From a candidate division WS6 bacterium GW2011_GWF2_39_15 (GTDB lineage Bacteria > Patescibacteriota > Dojkabacteria > SC72), in the NCBI GenBank assembly GCA_000993565.1, contig LBWK01000001.1, positions 4,695 to 68,694 on the forward strand: a stretch of DNA of 64,000 bases. The letters run 5' to 3'. How positions within the stretch are numbered: position 1 is the stretch's first letter; every line of letters starts with the position of its first letter. Both the position numbers and the translations under genes were made by a program. The notes beneath the pieces are model-generated. The model had not been told where the DNA came from and ran no database searches. It saw only the letters and a program-made list of their open reading frames with translations. Shown here piece by piece: positions 17,114-25,759 of this stretch.

Positions 17114-17659
17114 ATGGTTTGGAACTTAGAAAAACAACTTAAAACTGTTTTTTTGGGACTCGGAGTCCTAACCATTGCACTAGCTTCTCTTCCGGTGGTA
17201 AAAACATACGCAGCCCAATCTGATTCTGTTGGTGCAACGGTTAGAATTAGTGTCTGCGGTGATGGAGTAGTTGAATATCCTGAAGAGTGTGAGATACTGC
17301 AAGATGTTGTTAAGTCATGCACGGATTTCGGGTTTAGCTCGGGGAGTGTAAGATGTGATAATAGCTGTGAGTTTGATGTATTGAACTGCTTTACAACTAC
17401 TGTGCCAAACCTGCGACCCGGAGCTGGATTTACACCTTTTTCAACCTCATCATTGCCTAGTTTTCTTATCCCTTTTGATATAAATGGAGATGATGTCATC
17501 AAAGATCAGGAGTTTCTGACACTAATAACGAAATGGGTTGCCGGTTGGAAAATATTTATATTTGACTATACTCCTAGTACAGCTACATCATGTGATCTAG
17601 ATGGGAACCGGGTATGTGATTTAGTAGACTTATCAATATTACTATACTACTCAAAATAA
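17114..17659 (+). CDS. Secreted Cys-rich protein with a C-terminal dockerin-like domain
   Basis: Signal peptide. Cys-rich segment CGDGVVEYPEECE...C...C, resembling Myxococcus-type cysteine-rich repeats. Two EF-hand-like Ca loops, DINGDDVIKDQE and DLDGNRVCDLVD, each followed by a helix (type I dockerin pattern). Confidence 0.5.
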   Translation: MVWNLEKQLKTVFLGLGVLTIALASLPVVKTYAAQSDSVGATVRISVCGDGVVEYPEECEILQDVVKSCTDFGFSSGSVRCDNSCEFDVLNCFTTTVPNLRPGAGFTPFSTSSLPSFLIPFDINGDDVIKDQEFLTLITKWVAGWKIFIFDYTPSTATSCDLDGNRVCDLVDLSILLYYSK

Positions 17660-18723
17660 TGAATGAACTGATAAAATTGAATCCATTGCTGATATTGGTT
17701 AAAGTCCTTTTGTATGTTATCTCATGCTGGGTTTTTATACACTTCTTTGCAATACTCGGAGTCTTTATTCTCGTTGCTTATCCTGTCTGGTGGATGTTTT
17801 TCCCAAAGCAGTCAATATGTTTCTCCTGTAGTACAAGAAAGGATGGAGACTACTGCCCGCTTTGCAAAGATACTGTAGATAGAAAAAATGGAGTAATGCC
17901 TAAATCTTCCCGATCCGTTGCTCTAAACTCCGTGAATGTATTGTTAGTTACTATAATTTCTCTTTCACTTGTATATTTGGAGCACACTTTGCTTGATAGA
18001 TTGGGCTTTTTTGTCGTTGAAACTGATAAAACGGTTTCGTTTGTGATCCCTTCAAAAGGCCAGTACAGGTTAGGGGAAATATTTCCTTTGAAGATAGAGA
18101 TATCTGGAGTTAAGGTTCCCGTAAATGTTGTACAGGCGGATTTAGGGTTTGATTTTGAGAAATTGGAGGTAGTGGAAGTTTCAATACAGGAGTCTTTTGC
18201 AAAGGTCTTTTTACAGAAAGAGATTAATAATGATATCGGATATGTGAGGCTGACGGGAGGTCTCCCAAATCCGGGATTGACTCAGAATAGGGGTATATTA
18301 GGGACAGTATACTTTAAAACTCGGGTAGCAGGACTTGCTCAAGTAAAGTTTCTTCCTACGTCACTTGTTCTTGCCAATGACGGACGGGGAACTAATGTAA
18401 TCAAGGAGTTTCCCGAAATCTCATATTTGGTGTTGCCTGAGAGAATATCTGTTGAGGAGGAAAAGTTACAGGAAGGGCTCATAAAGAAAGATGTTTTAGG
18501 AGCGACAGAAGAGGACGACAAGCTAGTTTTTTTTGATAATAGTTCGAGTGTTCTTGGAGCAAAGGATGAAACAGTAACAAGCGAAAGAACATTACAGGAA
18601 CACTTCAAAGATCATGGGGTCTTCGGCGTAATTTTCTACTACTTGGAGAGATTAGACCATCTTGTTTTAAAGATATATGTAGATGTTTTAGAGAAGCTAA
18701 AAATAAACATTCCGCTTCCTTAG
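17659..18723 (+). CDS. Polytopic membrane protein with a Cys4 zinc-ribbon-like motif and an extracytoplasmic cohesin-like domain
   Basis: 2-3 TM helices; CFSCS...CPLC; then a segment (VSFVIPS...VQADLGFDFEKLEVVEVS...GYVRLTGG...GILGTVYFKTRVAGLAQVKF) matching the cohesin beta-sandwich sequence pattern. Confidence 0.45.
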   Translation: MNELIKLNPLLILVKVLLYVISCWVFIHFFAILGVFILVAYPVWWMFFPKQSICFSCSTRKDGDYCPLCKDTVDRKNGVMPKSSRSVALNSVNVLLVTIISLSLVYLEHTLLDRLGFFVVETDKTVSFVIPSKGQYRLGEIFPLKIEISGVKVPVNVVQADLGFDFEKLEVVEVSIQESFAKVFLQKEINNDIGYVRLTGGLPNPGLTQNRGILGTVYFKTRVAGLAQVKFLPTSLVLANDGRGTNVIKEFPEISYLVLPERISVEEEKLQEGLIKKDVLGATEEDDKLVFFDNSSSVLGAKDETVTSERTLQEHFKDHGVFGVIFYYLERLDHLVLKIYVDVLEKLKINIPLP

Positions 18724-18757
18724 CTTTTTTAGGTGTTTTTCTGCTATAATTAACGTC

Positions 18758-20656
18758 ATGTCTCAACCAATTTTACAGGATAAAATTAGAAACGTTGCTA
18801 TCATAGCCCATGTAGATCATGGGAAGACGACTCTTGTTGACGCAATTATGAAGCAGTGCCACCTTTTCAGAGATAATCAGGAAGAGATGGGACAGACTCA
18901 GATACTTGATTCAAATGATTTAGAAAGAGAGAAGGGTATAACAATTCTTGCCAAGAATATTTCAGTTAGGTATCAGGGATATAAAATAAATGTTATAGAT
19001 ACCCCGGGTCATGCTGATTTTGGTGGGGAGGTTGAAAGAACATTGAATATGGCTGAAGGATGTATTTTGCTTGTTGATGCTAGGGAAGGTGTGATGGCTC
19101 AAACCAAAGTGGTTTTAAAGAAAGCTTTGGAGTTAGGGCTAAAAGTTATTGTATTGATAAACAAGATAGATCAGAAGCTGGCAAATGTTAAAGACTCAGA
19201 AAATGAAGTGCAAAATTTGGTTCTAGATCTTGCAACAAGAGATGACCAGCTGGATTTTCCTGTCCTTTACGCTATAAGTCGAGAAGGCAAGGTTTTCACA
19301 CAGATGCCAGAAGGAGATTTAACCGTTCCTAATGTAACAACAGGGAATGTAACTCCACTTCTTGATGCTATTATAAACATTGTTCCTGCCCATGTAGGAG
19401 ATGATAAAGCTCCTTTTCAGATGCAGATAAATGCTATGGAATATGATAGTCATAACGGTAGGTATTTAATAGGGAAGATTAACAGGGGGACTGTAAAACA
19501 GGGACAACCCGTTGTTCTTGTTACGAGTGACGAGGAGAAAGCACAAAAAGTACAAGGCAGAACAAAAAGAATTCTTACCAGAGAAGGCATGGAATGGATT
19601 GATGTTAACGAAGCAAGTGCCGGTGAGATAGTTGCGGTTGCAGGTATAGACTCCACTGCTATTGGAGGAACTCTTTGTGATATCAACAATGTTGAAGCAA
19701 TGCCTGCACTTAAGATCTCTCCCCCTTCAGTATCGATAAAGTTTGAAGCAAATACATCACCATTAGTTGGTAAAGAAGGACAGTTTGTTACGGCATCGCT
19801 TCTTCAAAAAAGGTTAGATCAGGAAAAAGAGAATAACGCAACACTGGAAATTAAGTCAGGAGATGGTGGATCTTATGTTGTTGCAGGTAGAGGAGAGCTT
19901 CAGCTTTCAATACTTATTGAAACCTTAAGACGAGAAGGTTTTGAGTTTCAGGTGAGAAAACCGGAAGTAATTTTGAGAGAAATTGATGGTAAGCTTCACG
20001 AACCGCTTGAAACCTTGTTTATTGAGGTTCCGTCTGAATATCTAAGTGTTGTGACGCAAGCTCTGAGCGATAGAAACGGTCAGATGATTGATATGCGAAA
20101 TATCGGTGGACAAACAAAGTTCGAATACGAAATCTTAACCAGAAATCTTTTTGGACTGAGGAATGACTTAATAACGGCAACTAAAGGTAACCTTATTTTT
20201 GGAAGTTCATTCAAGGAGTATGTACCCAAGCAGGGTGAGAGTAACGTTTATAGAAAGGGAGTTATTATTTCCATGGATAACGGTGAGGCCAGAGCATACG
20301 CCTTAAACATGATTCAAGAGAGAGGACAGTTATTTATCAAGCCAGGTGATGCCGTTTATGAGGGCATGATAATGGGTATGAACAAATATGATGAGGATAT
20401 GGAAGCTAATCCAACTAAAGAAAGGCATAAAACGAGTGTGAGAATGAGTCATGCAGAGGTTACTCAGATTAGTCTTAAACAGTATATGGCTTTAACGTTG
20501 GAATTTGCACTGGCCTTTTTAAAGGAAGATGAAATTCTGGAAGTTACACCAAAAAGCTTGAGATTAAGAAAAGTTCATCTCTCCAAAACCGAAAGAGATT
20601 GGATGAAAAGAAGGAATCTAAGTGAGTTTGCAAAAAAACAGCTTGGGGTTAATTAG
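18758..20656 (+). CDS. typA: Translational GTPase TypA/BipA
   Basis: AIIAHVDHGKTTLVD, DTPGHADFGGEVER, NKID. Near-collinear with BipA over its full length. Confidence 0.9.
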   Translation: MSQPILQDKIRNVAIIAHVDHGKTTLVDAIMKQCHLFRDNQEEMGQTQILDSNDLEREKGITILAKNISVRYQGYKINVIDTPGHADFGGEVERTLNMAEGCILLVDAREGVMAQTKVVLKKALELGLKVIVLINKIDQKLANVKDSENEVQNLVLDLATRDDQLDFPVLYAISREGKVFTQMPEGDLTVPNVTTGNVTPLLDAIINIVPAHVGDDKAPFQMQINAMEYDSHNGRYLIGKINRGTVKQGQPVVLVTSDEEKAQKVQGRTKRILTREGMEWIDVNEASAGEIVAVAGIDSTAIGGTLCDINNVEAMPALKISPPSVSIKFEANTSPLVGKEGQFVTASLLQKRLDQEKENNATLEIKSGDGGSYVVAGRGELQLSILIETLRREGFEFQVRKPEVILREIDGKLHEPLETLFIEVPSEYLSVVTQALSDRNGQMIDMRNIGGQTKFEYEILTRNLFGLRNDLITATKGNLIFGSSFKEYVPKQGESNVYRKGVIISMDNGEARAYALNMIQERGQLFIKPGDAVYEGMIMGMNKYDEDMEANPTKERHKTSVRMSHAEVTQISLKQYMALTLEFALAFLKEDEILEVTPKSLRLRKVHLSKTERDWMKRRNLSEFAKKQLGVN

Positions 20657-21542
20657 AATTCTTTTTTAGAAAACCTTTTGTCTTTTCTATTCTATTTCTA
20701 GTGTTTAAAAGCAGAAAAGTGATTGTTGATAGTGTTAAACCCGCAACTAGAATACCTGCCATCATTGGAGCTTTTACTCGGCTTCTTTCTTTGACTTCAT
20801 ACAGTTTTCTTAAGCGGTCTTCTTCAACCTCAACGGCTTGTTTAACATAACCTTTAACTCCTGTTACTTTGTGAATATCATGGAGCATCCCTTTCCACCT
20901 CAGGAGCGCTGTAATGAGTGATTGCTTCTTTTGTGATTGGTAGAGAGAGAGTAACTTGGGAGCCCTAATAGTTCTTATTCTTTTATTCATATTAATATAG
21001 GCAGTATTAAGCATTACCTCTAACCCATATCTTTCGTCACCGTCAAAATGTATCTTCTCGAAATCTTTTTTCCAAATTGCACGCTCTCCTCCCAGGGGTC
21101 TGGAAACAATAAAATTTGACCACCCGATCGGACTGATATCATCACTTTCCTTGCTAAGAATTGCCATATCTATTTCACCTTTTAAGACAGGTGTAATGAG
21201 CCTATCTAGATGATCGTGAGTTAAAGTTAAGAGATCTGCGTCTATAAAAACAAGAAGTTGACCCTTTGAGTTTGCAACGCCTTTTATTATGGCATTCGTT
21301 TTACCATTATTCGTTTCATTACTTATAACTCTTATTTTTGGATATTCTGTTTCATACTTCATGAAAATATCTCGTGTTTGATCTTTTGAGCCATCATTTA
21401 CGAGTATGATTTCAGAAAAGGGTGAGTAAGAAGAGATTATTTTGAGAACATTCTCAACTGTTTCGCCCTCATTATATGCAGGTATAATACATGAGATTTT
21501 TATATTCTTTTGTGTTAAGAGGTCATTTATTTCATTCTCCAT
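20649..21542 (-). CDS. Family-2 glycosyltransferase (dolichyl-phosphate hexosyltransferase-like) with a C-terminal TM
   Basis: ISCIIPAYNEGETV...VNDGSKD...FIDADL (GT-A DxD). C-terminal hydrophobic helix. Confidence 0.75.
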   Translation of the reverse strand: MENEINDLLTQKNIKISCIIPAYNEGETVENVLKIISSYSPFSEIILVNDGSKDQTRDIFMKYETEYPKIRVISNETNNGKTNAIIKGVANSKGQLLVFIDADLLTLTHDHLDRLITPVLKGEIDMAILSKESDDISPIGWSNFIVSRPLGGERAIWKKDFEKIHFDGDERYGLEVMLNTAYINMNKRIRTIRAPKLLSLYQSQKKQSLITALLRWKGMLHDIHKVTGVKGYVKQAVEVEEDRLRKLYEVKERSRVKAPMMAGILVAGLTLSTITFLLLNTRNRIEKTKGFLKKNSN

Positions 21543-21543
21543 G

Positions 21544-22206
21544 TTACCAGTTTATTGGATTCAGTTTGTGTTTAGTTAAATATTCGTTAGTCTTGCTAAA
21601 TGGCTTACTTCCAAAGAATCCTCTGTCAGCAGAGAAAGGTGATGGATGAGGAGAATTGAGAATTAAGTGCTTTGATTCATCTATCACGGCCCCTTTCTTT
21701 TGTGCATATGAACCCCAGAGAATAAAGACAACGTGTTCTTTTTGCTCTGAAACAACTTTTACTATAGCATCAGTGAATTCTTCCCACCCATATCCCTGAT
21801 GTGAGTTTGCTATTCCTGCTTGTACTGTTAAGGTGGCATTCAAGAGCAGCACTCCCTGTTTGGCCCATCTTTGGAGATTTCCGCTTTTGGGAACTGTTAC
21901 TCCTATGTCACTTTTTATTTCCTTATAGATGTTTTGTAGGGAAGGTGGAATTGGTATCCCATCATTTACAGAGAAAGAAAGGCCGTTTGCCTGATTGTAA
22001 CCGTGGTAGGGGTCCTGTCCAAGAATCACCACTTTTACATTATCAAAGGAACAGAGATTTAGTGCGTTGAAAATGAGACTGGCAGGAGGATATATTTTCT
22101 TTGTTTTGTATTGTTCTCTGACAAAGGTTGTTAAGTACTTGAAGTATTCTTTATCAAATTCGTCTTTTAGAAGTGTTTTCCAGCTCTCTTCAAGTTTGAC
22201 ATCCAT
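21544..22206 (-). CDS. ung: Uracil-DNA glycosylase (family 1)
   Basis: GQDPYH water-activating motif, LLLN, and HPSP leucine-loop motif. Confidence 0.9.
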   Translation of the reverse strand: MDVKLEESWKTLLKDEFDKEYFKYLTTFVREQYKTKKIYPPASLIFNALNLCSFDNVKVVILGQDPYHGYNQANGLSFSVNDGIPIPPSLQNIYKEIKSDIGVTVPKSGNLQRWAKQGVLLLNATLTVQAGIANSHQGYGWEEFTDAIVKVVSEQKEHVVFILWGSYAQKKGAVIDESKHLILNSPHPSPFSADRGFFGSKPFSKTNEYLTKHKLNPINW

Positions 22207-22208
22207 AG

Positions 22209-24008
22209 TTATATCTTACCAAGTTTTTTGGCTAATGACTCTACTTCATTAAGTAGGGCTTCAATCTGATCCAGCCCTTTATTCCAGAATGCTTTATCGG
22301 TTATATCAATCCCCATTGTTTTAAAGATATCTTTTGGCGATCGCCTTTGCCCTTCAGAAAGAAAAGACTTAACACTTTGTATAAATGTAGGGTCTCTTTT
22401 CACGAAATTCTGTAGAGATTTGGATATAAGTAGTCCGCTTGCATAGGAGTATACGTAAAAGAAATTTCGAATATGGCTCCAATATACCCACCAGTTTTCG
22501 CTACCCTTGTCCTTTGAAACAGAGCTACCCATGTAGGCGAACATATGCTTCGAGAATAAATTACCAATTTCTATTTTAGATAGGTAACCTTTCTCTCTAT
22601 ATTGTTTATGAAGTTCCTGCTCAAACTTGTAAAGAGCGACCTGCCTGAAGATTGATGAGATATCACCGTTCAATTTTTCGAGTTTAAGAATTAGACGCTC
22701 TTTGTCGGAAAGGGTTAAGCTGATCTCGTTAATTATAAAATCCTCAAAAAAGGTGCTAGCTACTTCAGCAGTGCTTGTTGGAGCTCCATAATTAATTTCA
22801 GAGAGGGATTTTTTCATTAGTTCGTTATTTATTCCGTGACCGAATTCATGAGCAATTGTTGTAACATCAGAGATTTTGTCATTATGGTTGAGCAGAATAT
22901 ATGTCGGTAAAGTTGTTTTGTAACCGATGCAGAAAGCACCGCCAATTTTGCCTTTCTTAGGGTTTACATCAACTAAACGTCGATCAAAAAAAAGTTTGGC
23001 AAGATGAAAAAGCTCACTATCAAGTTTTTCAAATGTTCTAAGGACAAGCTTTTTACTTTCATCGAATTTAAACTCAGTTTTTAATTCGCCAATCGGTACG
23101 TTCCTTTCGTGGTATTTAAGCTTCTTTAGCTTAAGAAGTTTCGCTTTCAATTTATAGTATCGCTGAGAGATATCAAATCTGCTTGAGACTGATTTGATGA
23201 GTGAATCAACCACTTCTGAGTCTATATCATCAGAAATATGTCTGCTAACATCAGGCCTCTCTATTTTTCTTAGGTCATCAAGGACCTTTTTATATTCTAG
23301 AATTGAGTTGATCTCTTCTGTGGCTACATCCGCAAATTGAGCATTTATCTCGTGGAGATATTTTCCAGCAAGATCTCGGATTTTTTTATTTGTGGAATTT
23401 GTGGACCCTACTATCTGGTTAAAGGGTTCGATCTGCCTTTTCCCTTTTTCTGTAATCATTTCCCGTTCTTCTTTTGAAAGAAACTCTTCGGTCATTTTAG
23501 TCCAATTTGCATATGCCGGCTTTACCATGAGGTTAAGTATTTTCTCCTCATCATCTGATAGAAGATATTTACCTGATATAAATGTCCTTTCAAGAAAATG
23601 ATTATAGACGGCCAGGTTTTTGTCTTTTAGGAATTTCTTTTGACTGTCAGTAGGAATCCGTGCGATGCTGTTTGTAAAGAATTGGATATCATTTCCCAGT
23701 TTAGTAGCAAAATCTTCAATTTTTGATAACTTGGCTTTGATTTTGGGATCATCCTGTTTTAGCGCCTGTTTAAGCCAGAAGTAGTACATGGGTTTATCAG
23801 CAAGTCCGTAAACAGTGTAAAGATGTTCAAACTCTTTTAAGGCGATGTAAAGAGCTTTGGGATCTTCCAAGTATTTTTTATCTTTTTTCCATTTCTTTAT
23901 GAAACTGTTCCATTCCCTGAGTGTTCCTTCGCAGTCTATTTCTATTTGCGGATCATCGTCTGATTTATATAACAGCCCTAAATCCCATGTGTATTTTTCT
24001 CTTCCCAT
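22209..24008 (-). CDS. pepF: Oligoendopeptidase F (M3B)
   Basis: HEFGHG zinc motif (HExxH) and the length typical of the M3B family. Confidence 0.8.
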   Translation of the reverse strand: MGREKYTWDLGLLYKSDDDPQIEIDCEGTLREWNSFIKKWKKDKKYLEDPKALYIALKEFEHLYTVYGLADKPMYYFWLKQALKQDDPKIKAKLSKIEDFATKLGNDIQFFTNSIARIPTDSQKKFLKDKNLAVYNHFLERTFISGKYLLSDDEEKILNLMVKPAYANWTKMTEEFLSKEEREMITEKGKRQIEPFNQIVGSTNSTNKKIRDLAGKYLHEINAQFADVATEEINSILEYKKVLDDLRKIERPDVSRHISDDIDSEVVDSLIKSVSSRFDISQRYYKLKAKLLKLKKLKYHERNVPIGELKTEFKFDESKKLVLRTFEKLDSELFHLAKLFFDRRLVDVNPKKGKIGGAFCIGYKTTLPTYILLNHNDKISDVTTIAHEFGHGINNELMKKSLSEINYGAPTSTAEVASTFFEDFIINEISLTLSDKERLILKLEKLNGDISSIFRQVALYKFEQELHKQYREKGYLSKIEIGNLFSKHMFAYMGSSVSKDKGSENWWVYWSHIRNFFYVYSYASGLLISKSLQNFVKRDPTFIQSVKSFLSEGQRRSPKDIFKTMGIDITDKAFWNKGLDQIEALLNEVESLAKKLGKI

Positions 24009-24102
24009 TTTTCTGCTTATGAACTAATCCCGTTAATATTATCCTTTTACATAACCTAAATCAATCTATTCAGATATCTGTATTTATATATTAGAATCTA
24101 CG

Positions 24103-24549
24103 ATGAATTTAGAGAGAGAAAGTGTCATCGAATATTTGGAGGGCTGGGAGACCGTATTTGATTTAGACGCCGGATATATTGAAAACTGGATGGATCCATC
24201 GACAGAGGATAGTTTTATTGTCAGCACGGATCCGCAGGGAAGATTTAAGATGGTTAGGATAAATGTGCGTCATATAAGGTCAAATGAAGTCTATACAACT
24301 ACATTTATGTGGGGAGTAGGGGAAGAGAATAATATATATTCGGGTCTTACAAGTGAAAGAAATGACACTAAACTCTATGCTAGCGGATTTGTTAACGGCC
24401 CGGCGACTTTGATTGCACAGTCGGTTCTTAGTGGATTAAAGTTAAATATTGATAGTTTATTGATGAGTTTAAGTCCTCAAGATTTCACAGCTCTCAGCAG
24501 AATGATGAAGTATGAGATGTCTGTTATTAGAGCATCAAAGGATTTTTAG
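24103..24549 (+). CDS. Hypothetical small soluble protein (first of three tandem ~140-aa genes)
   Basis: ORF with its own AT-rich promoter region. Shares with the next two genes a short W-containing motif at about aa 60-70 (YTTTFMW in this one) and the same overall size (148 aa). Confidence 0.45.
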   Translation: MNLERESVIEYLEGWETVFDLDAGYIENWMDPSTEDSFIVSTDPQGRFKMVRINVRHIRSNEVYTTTFMWGVGEENNIYSGLTSERNDTKLYASGFVNGPATLIAQSVLSGLKLNIDSLLMSLSPQDFTALSRMMKYEMSVIRASKDF

Positions 24550-24600
24550 CGTATTAGTGGTATAATGCAGTGATATTTATACGATTATCTGAGATATAAT

Positions 24601-25017
24601 ATGACAATTGAAAATAGTCAAACATTTAGAGAGAGCTTAGAGCAGTTAAAAAAAGAGTTTAAACTTAGTGAGGAATTTCCACTCGGATGGGAAATAGACC
24701 GGGGTTTCAATAATTATTGGTATAGAGCTGTGGGGGATTTAGGAGAAGTAAATGCGTCTCTAATATCTCCTGATGGTAGACCGTATAAAGTGACCATTGA
24801 ATGGAGTCGTAGAGAGAAAGCGAGAAGTGCTATAAGTGTGTACAATAAAAGAAATCACCCTATTTTCCCTAATATTGAGAATAGCCCTGATAAAAGAGAG
24901 GAGGCTGTCATGGCAGCGTTGGCAATGGTTTATATCTGCTTTCCGGCTATGGATCTGCAACTTAATGAAGACGATGTTGCCCCTTTATTTCATACATTAA
25001 GGACCTGCCTTCAGTGA
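24601..25017 (+). CDS. Hypothetical small soluble protein (second of three tandem paralogue candidates)
   Basis: Extended -10 TGGTATAAT upstream. YKVTIEW motif in the same position as the YEVRYTW / YTTTFMW of its neighbours. Confidence 0.45.
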   Translation: MTIENSQTFRESLEQLKKEFKLSEEFPLGWEIDRGFNNYWYRAVGDLGEVNASLISPDGRPYKVTIEWSRREKARSAISVYNKRNHPIFPNIENSPDKREEAVMAALAMVYICFPAMDLQLNEDDVAPLFHTLRTCLQ

Positions 25018-25056
25018 TATAATACTATACAATGTATAAGTTTATAGGACTAAACC

Positions 25057-25479
25057 ATGCCGATTGAAGGATCTACATTTGATGACAAGTATCAGGATTT
25101 AATTTGCGAGATTGGCCTATCTGAAAGCGTGGAATCGATTAAGAGTAGGTATTTAATAGATGACAGAGTGGAAAGGTTTTCATTTGGGCCGGATCCTTAT
25201 GGAGGATCTCTTTTTTATAGAGTAATAGATAATAAAACATCGCATACTTATGAAGTCAGATATACATGGAGTAATGTGAATTTAACTACGAGCCATATTA
25301 AAGTCCTCTCTAAATCAAGTGAAGTTTTAGATCCACAGACACAGGTGGCTATTATTCTTGGAGGATTTTGGGGACTGCAGGACAATCTGGTACGGGTTTT
25401 ATCCTCTGACAAGGCAAGCGAGCTCTTTGATGCTTTTGGGCGGACAATAAGTGCTATTCTCGAACCTAGAAAGGGCTGA
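25057..25479 (+). CDS. Hypothetical small soluble protein (third of three tandem paralogue candidates)
   Basis: GATATAAT -10 upstream; YEVRYTW motif. Confidence 0.45.
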   Translation: MPIEGSTFDDKYQDLICEIGLSESVESIKSRYLIDDRVERFSFGPDPYGGSLFYRVIDNKTSHTYEVRYTWSNVNLTTSHIKVLSKSSEVLDPQTQVAIILGGFWGLQDNLVRVLSSDKASELFDAFGRTISAILEPRKG

Positions 25480-25529
25480 TTTGCCAATCCCGATTATCTT
25501 TTGTATACTTACACCATAATACTTTGATC

Positions 25530-25735
25530 CGGATATCACCGGGGAGTATCAGGGAGAGCTGCTGACACTATAAGTTAGCGGGGTAAAGACTGACGGAGGG
25601 CAACCGTAATCATATGCTAAACCATTGAAAAGTGGTTAAGGAAAAGTGAGGGTGGTACCGTGTACTACCGTGAATTAGTAGTTCACCCCTCTTTGGAGTT
25701 TAAGATCTTTCTTAGGTTCCAAAGAGGGGCTTTTT
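25530..25735 (+). promoter_or_regulatory. T-box riboswitch leader of ileS (specifier candidate AUC, Ile)
   Basis: T-box motif AAAAGTGAGGGTGGTACCGTG at 25641-25661. Terminator CCCCTCTTTGG...CCAAAGAGGGG plus TTTTT at 25685-25735. ATC followed by A at 25548-25551. Confidence 0.7.
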
Positions 25736-25759
25736 ATTAAATTAACATATACTTTTAAT

